A stretch of 64,000 nucleotides of DNA, from assembly GCF_006345805.1 (NCBI RefSeq), contig NC_043010.1, positions 33,914,001-33,978,000 of the forward strand. The letters are read 5' to 3'. This DNA comes from Octopus sinensis (Eukaryota). Both the position numbers and the translations under genes were made by a program. Shown here in pieces: positions 61,900-64,000 of this stretch. Under the pieces are notes generated by a model, which searched no databases, was not told where the DNA came from, and saw only the letters and a program-made list of their open reading frames with translations. Position 1 is the stretch's first letter. Each line of letters opens with the position of its first letter.

Positions 61900-64000
61900 T
61901 ACGACCAGCTTCTTTCAGTTTCCATCTACTAAATCCACTCACAATGCTTTGGTTGGCCCAAGGCTATTGTAGAAGACACTTGCCCAAGGTGCCACATAGT
62001 GGGACTGAACCTGGAACCATGTGGTTGGTAAGCAAACTACTTACCACACAGCCACTCCTAAGCCTATAATTTCTGACTTGAAAATCCACTAAGGTCAAAT
62101 TTGTCTTTTATCCTTTTACGGGGGTCGATAAAATAAGTACCCATTGAGTACTGTGGTCAATATAATTGACTTTTCCCCCTCCCTCAGAATTGCTGGCCTA
62201 GTGCCAAAATTTGAAATTATAATTATTACAAAATGTTAACAAAATTAAATAAAATAGTCTATATATGTTTTTAATGTCTACAATCACTCTAGCAGAATGT
62301 AATATATTTTTAGCATAGTTCTAAAATAATTTTGGGGTTATATCCACTACAGAGAACTGAAGAAATGAAATTTCAATGTGTTTGGGTTTTGTTCAGCTTT
62401 AGTACAATTAGAATCATGCTGGTTTATAAATCAATCAATATTCAGATTGTTTATGTACCAATCAATATTCCGAATATATAATGCTGGCCGTATAGATTTG
62501 TGCAAGGAAGATTACATAACACAACATAGTCTGTATGAATTCATTTATTTTATGCAAGAATGCATTTCTAGACTGGCTCTACAGCTATAGTCAACAGCTT
62601 TGACATAGTTGGGTCTGAACCTAAGTAAAAATTAATACTGTAGTTACTAGAACTGCATGTTATAACCACAAAATTACTTTAGGATAAGGCTAAGAATAAG
62701 GCTAAAAATAATTTTTTTGTATAGCTTGATTAATTTTGTGTTATATAATAGCTATATATATCTATCTGTTTATGTATCAAGCGTCTCTTTCCTTCACTGT
62801 ATCAAGATGCCATGCAACAAAGGATGGTACAAGACCTACCTATATTTCAGTACCCGTTTTTATTTCCATCCTTGTTACCTTACCTCTTTCTTTCATTACA
62901 AAGCATACATATGATTGCATCAGATTTGCTTGTAGCGAATACATTTTACACTTATCCTCTCTGTCTGTCTGTCTGTCTGTCTGCCTCTCTCTCCCTCCCT
63001 CTCTCTCTCTCTTACAGGTCCATTCTTTACTGACATCCCTCATTCCCTCTTCCCACTGTATACCTGCATTATCATCTCTATCATGACCTCCCCCTCTATC
63101 TCCTCTCACCCCCACCTAGTTACTCTCTTTGTACCTTCATAATCTTGCACCCTTCATCCATCCATCTTTGGGCTTTGCACTCTCTTCTTTATTCTCCTCC
63201 TTTCTTTCTCTTGGTTTGCCTTGAGCAGATTAACGCATCATAGAGTAATGAGAACACTTTAATTTCTGGGGTACAAAGCAACCCCACTAGTGCTATGGTA
63301 ATATGTATCCAATATCCTGTTTAAAGCAGTTCATGATAGGAAGTGTTGAGATGTAGAAACCAGATCCAAAGCGGAAAAGAATGAGCAGGATATGAACCTC
63401 CATCCTGTCTAGAATAGAAATTCTGAATAAGAACTGACTTGGATAATATGTCAAGCTCACACCAGATGTATGGTGATAATGATGATGACCACACACACAC
63501 ACACATTTACATTTATACAAATATATAAATATAAACATAAACAGAGCCCACTGGGTCTTTGCATTTATAAACAAGTTTTAGCAAGCCATAAATGGAAGAT
63601 AATCAAATGCAATGTTATGGAGCATGCTTCAAATTTTAGCTTTCATATTTCTCTTTCGGATGTATCATCTGCATCAACATGGCACATTCCAAACTGACAC
63701 ATGAAATGAAATGGCATGCCATACTTGTCAACCATCCAACCACCAAACATAGCAACTCAAAGATCACCAGGTTTTTGAATGTGGCCCTGTCAGTCATGTT
63801 CAGGGTCAGGAAAGATCTAAAAGCTTCTAGAGGGGACACGTTATTTCATAACTGAAGAAATATTGGTGCAAGGCCAACAATTTCAGAGGTAGGGGTAAGT
63901 TGATTATATTGATCCCTGTGCTCAACTGGTACTTATTTTATTGAGCCCCGCAAGGATGTAAGGTAAAGTTGACCTTGGTGGCTTTGAACTCAGAATGTAA

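Overview
AT-rich, intron-rich metazoan genomic DNA. The SINE, RTE and Helitron repeat families resemble those of octopus (inference). There are two convergent protein-coding genes, both reconstructed by hand from GT-AG junctions with consistent reading phase. (1) BRD8 on + (CDS 1681-36554, 20 coding exons, 3276 nt, 1091 aa): conserved N-terminus, a roughly 100-Gln polyQ/polyP exon, LxxLL boxes and one bromodomain. (2) DENND10/FAM45A on - (CDS 49894-41145, 8 exons, 1062 nt, 353 aa). Introns and intergenic DNA are dense with SINEs, RTE/CR1/Tx1 LINE remnants, non-autonomous Helitrons, hAT/mariner/piggyBac-type MITEs and microsatellites. The most striking non-coding structure is a 127-bp-arm palindrome at 51064-51320, about 1.2 kb upstream of DENND10. 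It carries a type I hammerhead-ribozyme fold on each strand, resembling an inverted Penelope-like pseudo-LTR, and a Penelope-type RT remnant lies at 56343-56546. Other highlights: a candidate poison exon behind a 48-nt TACTAAC intron in DENND10, a templated inverted duplication of a SINE junction, and an interstitial telomeric G4 unit. All family names come from recalled motifs, not database searches.
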